From: Candidatus Poribacteria bacterium
GTDB taxonomy: Bacteria; Poribacteria; WGA-4E; PCPOR2b
Length of the DNA: 64,000 nucleotides
Assembly: GCA_965218095.1 (NCBI GenBank)
Contig: OZ244587.1
Location: 2,720,001-2,784,000 of the forward strand
Direction of reading: 5' to 3'
The notes beneath the pieces were generated by a model, which had not been told where the DNA came from, ran no database searches, and saw nothing but the letters and a program-made list of their open reading frames with translations. Shown one piece after another: positions 60,393-64,000 of the stretch; position 1 is the stretch's first letter; every line of letters starts with the position of its first letter. Made by a program: the position numbers and the translations under genes.

Positions 60393-60409
60393 CGGGGGAG
60401 GTTTTCATC

Positions 60410-62274
60410 ATGTTCCGTTTCCGCACCGTTTCACGCTTACTCGTTTGTTTATTTGTTCTGTTGTGCGGTGTTGCCACCGCACAAATCGTCGAAATTCCCG
60501 ACCCCAATCTCGCGGCTGCGATACGAGAAAATCTTGGCTTAAACCCAAACGAACCAATACAGCAAGAAGATTTATTACATCTCACCAGTCTTGAAGCAAC
60601 AGGCAGAGGCATCAAAGACCTCACAGGTCTCGAGTATATGACGAATCTTAGAGGATTTAATCTCTACAGAAACGAAATCATTGACATAAGTCCACTTGCG
60701 GGTCTAACCAAACTCACATAGTTTAATCTCTTGAGCAACCAGATAGTTGACCTAACTCCTCTCCGTAAACTCGTAAGACTAAGAACCATCATATTCAGCA
60801 GCAACCGAATTAAAGATGTTCATCCACTCGCATCTCTCACAAATCTAGTTTATCTAAATCTAAATGATAACCAGATTACAGATTTCACACCACTTGCCAA
60901 TTTAGTAAGCCTTGAAAGACTTAGAATCAGGGACAATCCCAGCATCGATATCAGTTTTGCCAGTGGTCTAAACCTAATCGAGTTCACTTATGACGAAATC
61001 TGTGACCTGCCGAGACTTCCAATTCAAGACCGCATAGATAATCGAAGTTTCCCATCCATCTTTCAAGCATGGACTGGACTGATAGATGATTCATTAACAG
61101 AAGATGATCGCATAGCATTACACGATATCTATTGGGGACCAGATTTTAGGCTCGATTGGCGAGAAACCCCTCAAGGTATCCAACTGATCGGAGACCTAAA
61201 AAGAGCCAAAGCGAGCCGTGATCTATTACTTGCCAAAAACCCCAACATGCTAATTATCACTCACATTTTTTATAGAGATGCCTTCCAAGATAATTTCTAC
61301 CACGAAAACTTTCCATACTGGATTAGAGACGCAGCCGGTAACCGTGCCCCTGGCTGGGGCACAGCATTTCTCCTGGATTTCACACACCCCGGCATGCAAG
61401 ATATAATTGTTCAACAAGCCGTTGCACTCTCAAAATGTGGATTGTTTGATGGTATTCTTTTCGATTGGTGGACCGAGACTGGGACTGTCCTCAAAGGATA
61501 CCGATCACTTGAGGCAGAACAACGAGCCAGAGATGCTATTATTCAAACTGTCCGCGCTGCGGTTGGCCCTGATTTTTTAATCATAGCCAACACCAATGAC
61601 AGCCAGTTTCCACGCACTGTACCTTATATCAATGGCAGTTTTATGGAAACCCATCCAGATCTAAGGAGTGGTTACCCCCCGATGAACTCATGAGGATTGA
61701 AAGCACCCTCCTTTGGTCTGAGGAAAATAGCAGAGAGCCACAGATCAATTGTTTAGAAGGCTGGGGCTATCCAGATGAAGCGCCCAACAGCCCAAAACAC
61801 CGTAGATGGATGCGCGTATTCACCACCCTGACCCTCACCCATTCCGATGGCTACGTCCTTTACGCGGTCGGAATCTCCCACTCGCATATCTGGTACAAGT
61901 TTTGGGAAGCCGACCTCGGACGCCCCATTGGACCAAAGGGACAACGCTATCAAGACCGCGAGGGACTCTTTATCCGAGAGTTCACCAACGGCTGGGCTGT
62001 TTACAACCGCAGCGGCGAAGCCCAAGATATTTCATTTTCAGCACACACAACGGGGGTTAATAGCGGTAACACCGGCACCACCCACCAGCTCCCCGACCTT
62101 GACGGCGAAATCTACCTCAAGGCGAAAAACCCCGCTGATGTCAATAATGACGGCATAATCAACATCCTTGATTTAGTCATCGTTGCCAACCAGTTCGGAA
62201 CTCCCAACGGGGATGTCAACGGCGACGGGAAAACCAATATTTTAGATTTGGTGATGGTTAGCCGCCAGTTTTAG
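60410..62274 (+). pseudogene. Secreted LRR + glycoside hydrolase-like TIM barrel + dockerin protein, interrupted
   Basis: Signal peptide, IPDPNLAAAIRE cap, LRRs, FDGILFDWW, DVNNDGIINILDLV twice; TAG at 60719; frameshift at the C6 run 61675-61680. Confidence 0.8.
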
Positions 62275-62743
62275 TTTTCCGCTTCCATCGCGCCTTCTGG
62301 GATTCAGATAGCTTCCGTCGGTGTTCTTCCGAATGCTTTCTGCCCTTGTTTGCTTCAGACATCTTCCGTCGGAATTCTTCTGAACGACCTCTCTCCTTGA
62401 ATTTCTGTCGAGTTTCTTCTGAATGCCTTTTGCCATAAAAAGGATTCTTCTCACCCCTGAGTGCATTGCCACCCGTTGTTAAATTATACCCATTCGGGTA
62501 TAGCGTCTTATATTTCTCAATCGTTTCAATCTCAAACGAATCAAGAAACGCGGGAAGGATGCCATCATGAAATATTTCCCAATTAAAGGCGTCCCGTCCA
62601 TACTTCGCAAGGGCATTCCTTAAATATCGATTGCCATACCCACCCAGGTGATTCTTAATCCGCGTTTTCTCAGCATCATAAACAGACTGACCAATATAAG
62701 CCTTGCCATTGACAGAATTGGTGATTTTATATATGCAACCCAT
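62258..62743 (-). CDS. GIY-YIG endonuclease with NUMOD3 motifs
   Basis: CIYKITN..NGKAYIGQS, R..H, E, GYN; GKRHSEETR and GRKHSEEHR. Confidence 0.92.
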   Translation of the reverse strand: MGCIYKITNSVNGKAYIGQSVYDAEKTRIKNHLGGYGNRYLRNALAKYGRDAFNWEIFHDGILPAFLDSFEIETIEKYKTLYPNGYNLTTGGNALRGEKNPFYGKRHSEETRQKFKERGRSEEFRRKMSEANKGRKHSEEHRRKLSESQKARWKRKTKTGG

Positions 62744-62892
62744 AGTAGTAAACTCCCAGACTATGGGTATGAGATGTGTATAATATGGGATTCTATTTCA
62801 CTGTCTCATACCCGTTCGGTAGGTGTGGGGGACACTGGCAGGGATGCCAGCGTTAAGCTCTCCCGCGAAACAGATACCCCAATTATACCACA
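62738..62892 (-). promoter_or_regulatory. Extended -10 promoter and structured 5' leader of the GIY-YIG gene
   Basis: TGGTATAAT on the minus strand; three hairpins, one occluding the start codon. Confidence 0.6.
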
Positions 62893-63090
62893 CTTCTCAC
62901 ATACGACTTCTTCAAATTTTGTCCTGTCACGCAAGTGGTCTGGCTTCCCCAGCAGATTTAGCTCTTCTATCCGATCATCATCAACTGGATTAAAAAGAGC
63001 GCACCGAGCGGGTTTTTTTCATAAACCTCCTCACGGAATTTCTGCAAAAACATGACGAGTTTATAGTAATTGAGGGGTGTGCATAGTAGT

Positions 63091-64000
63091 TCATTGGAAA
63101 ACAGCCGCCATATGAGAGATATTGCGAGCAGGTAACTTCCATATGGCATTGGCAATCATAGCCACTTGCACTGATAACACCCCGATAGCTAAACAACAGC
63201 GTACATTGAAAAACCCCTTGACCGGTAACTGCTTCTGTTGAGGAGTGGTGCCTATCACTTTAGCAATCAAGTCAAACAACGGTTCAACCGAACTGCGACG
63301 TTTGCTTAAACAGAGACGCTGCTTGGGTTGGTTGATAAATCGATGATACGCCTTGGCAAACCGTCCCTTTGTCCATCTAAGTGCCGGGGTAATCAAAGCG
63401 ACTTGTGCCTTCGCCCAACGACGGATACGGTCTGCTTGGGTATAGGCATCATCGGCAGTGAGTGTCTGCGGTGAAAGTTGTGTCAGAATCTCAGACGCTT
63501 TAGCATCTATCGCCCAACTTTCGGAGACCGACGCACGGTGCACAGTTATCAGTGTTGGGAACGCACCTTGTGTGCAGATAATGTGAAGTCCGTAGCCATA
63601 GACCCAGCCATGATAACCACTCTTGCTCCACGTGGCATCGGTGTCGAGGTTGCGTAGATGTTTAGGTACTTTTCCTGCTTTGCGGTCAGTTTGATGCCAG
63701 ACGGGTCCTCGTGCCTTAAATAAACTTTTGTCGGCTACCAGATGAGCCAAGTTGAATTGTTGGGACAAGTCAGTGGCATACTGACCGATAAACAATACAA
63801 ATGCCTCTATCACTTCATATAATGCCTTATAGCGACGTGCAATCGTGGTTCGATGAGGGGGCTGTTGCCACCCCAGCATTTGTAACACTTCTGGGTGATT
63901 GATTAGCCACCGCCATTGCGTTTTGAAGCCATAGATGCCGTGAAACTGCATCAACATGAAGAAAATGATAAACGAGGTGGTTGAATATGTCAATGGTTTT
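63091..64000 (-). mobile_element. DDE transposase (DDE_Tnp_1; IS4/IS5/IS982-like), extends beyond the window
   Basis: VADKS, DTDATW, YGYGLH, TADDAY, RRSSVEPLF (R-x-x-x-E). Confidence 0.85.

Noticed and set aside
16655-60721. Genome-wide TAG reassignment or pyrrolysine use
   Set aside because: TAG is the normal stop of dnaB, mlaE and cysS; the implied residues differ (Gln versus Trp); most affected genes have other lesions
62200-62960. Group I intron around the GIY-YIG gene
   Set aside because: No interrupted host gene on that strand, no room downstream for a ribozyme core, and the gene has its own promoter-like element
1-64000. CRISPR array, tRNA or rRNA genes
   Set aside because: No regularly spaced direct repeats with unique spacers and no cloverleaf or rRNA signatures were seen

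Overview
A bacterial chromosomal window, probably from Candidatus Poribacteria or a relative. That assignment is an inference from the LRR/dockerin protein, the PorV-like gene and the pervasive heptamer/octamer repeats. The first ~17 kb is housekeeping: rpsF-ssb-rpsR-rplI-dnaB, mlaEFD, radA-yacL-ispD-ispF-cysS, dprA, accA. At 18-25 kb lies an accessory island bounded by an integron attC site and a half-attC fused to a truncated intI. It carries the best candidate for an undescribed system, an overlapping three-gene operon: (1) a 1162-aa protein with a PspA-like N-terminal helix, eight RNA polymerase alpha-CTD-like repeats, a sigma70 region-4 HTH and further DNA-binding-like modules; (2) a winged-helix protein; (3) a MORC-like GHKL ATPase. 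A second attC cluster with a complete SIMPL cassette sits at 34.7-35.8 kb. Also notable are a deleted methyltransferase/LAGLIDADG-like/PD-(D/E)XK locus, a free-standing GIY-YIG endonuclease with a switch-like leader RNA, an orphan structured element resembling an IS110 non-coding end, a probable trans-envelope MlaD, a MITE invading rpsF, a tiny recurrent palindrome, and many pseudogenes, several broken by in-frame TAG codons. No tRNA, rRNA or CRISPR array was seen. All calls come from reading the sequence; no database search was run.
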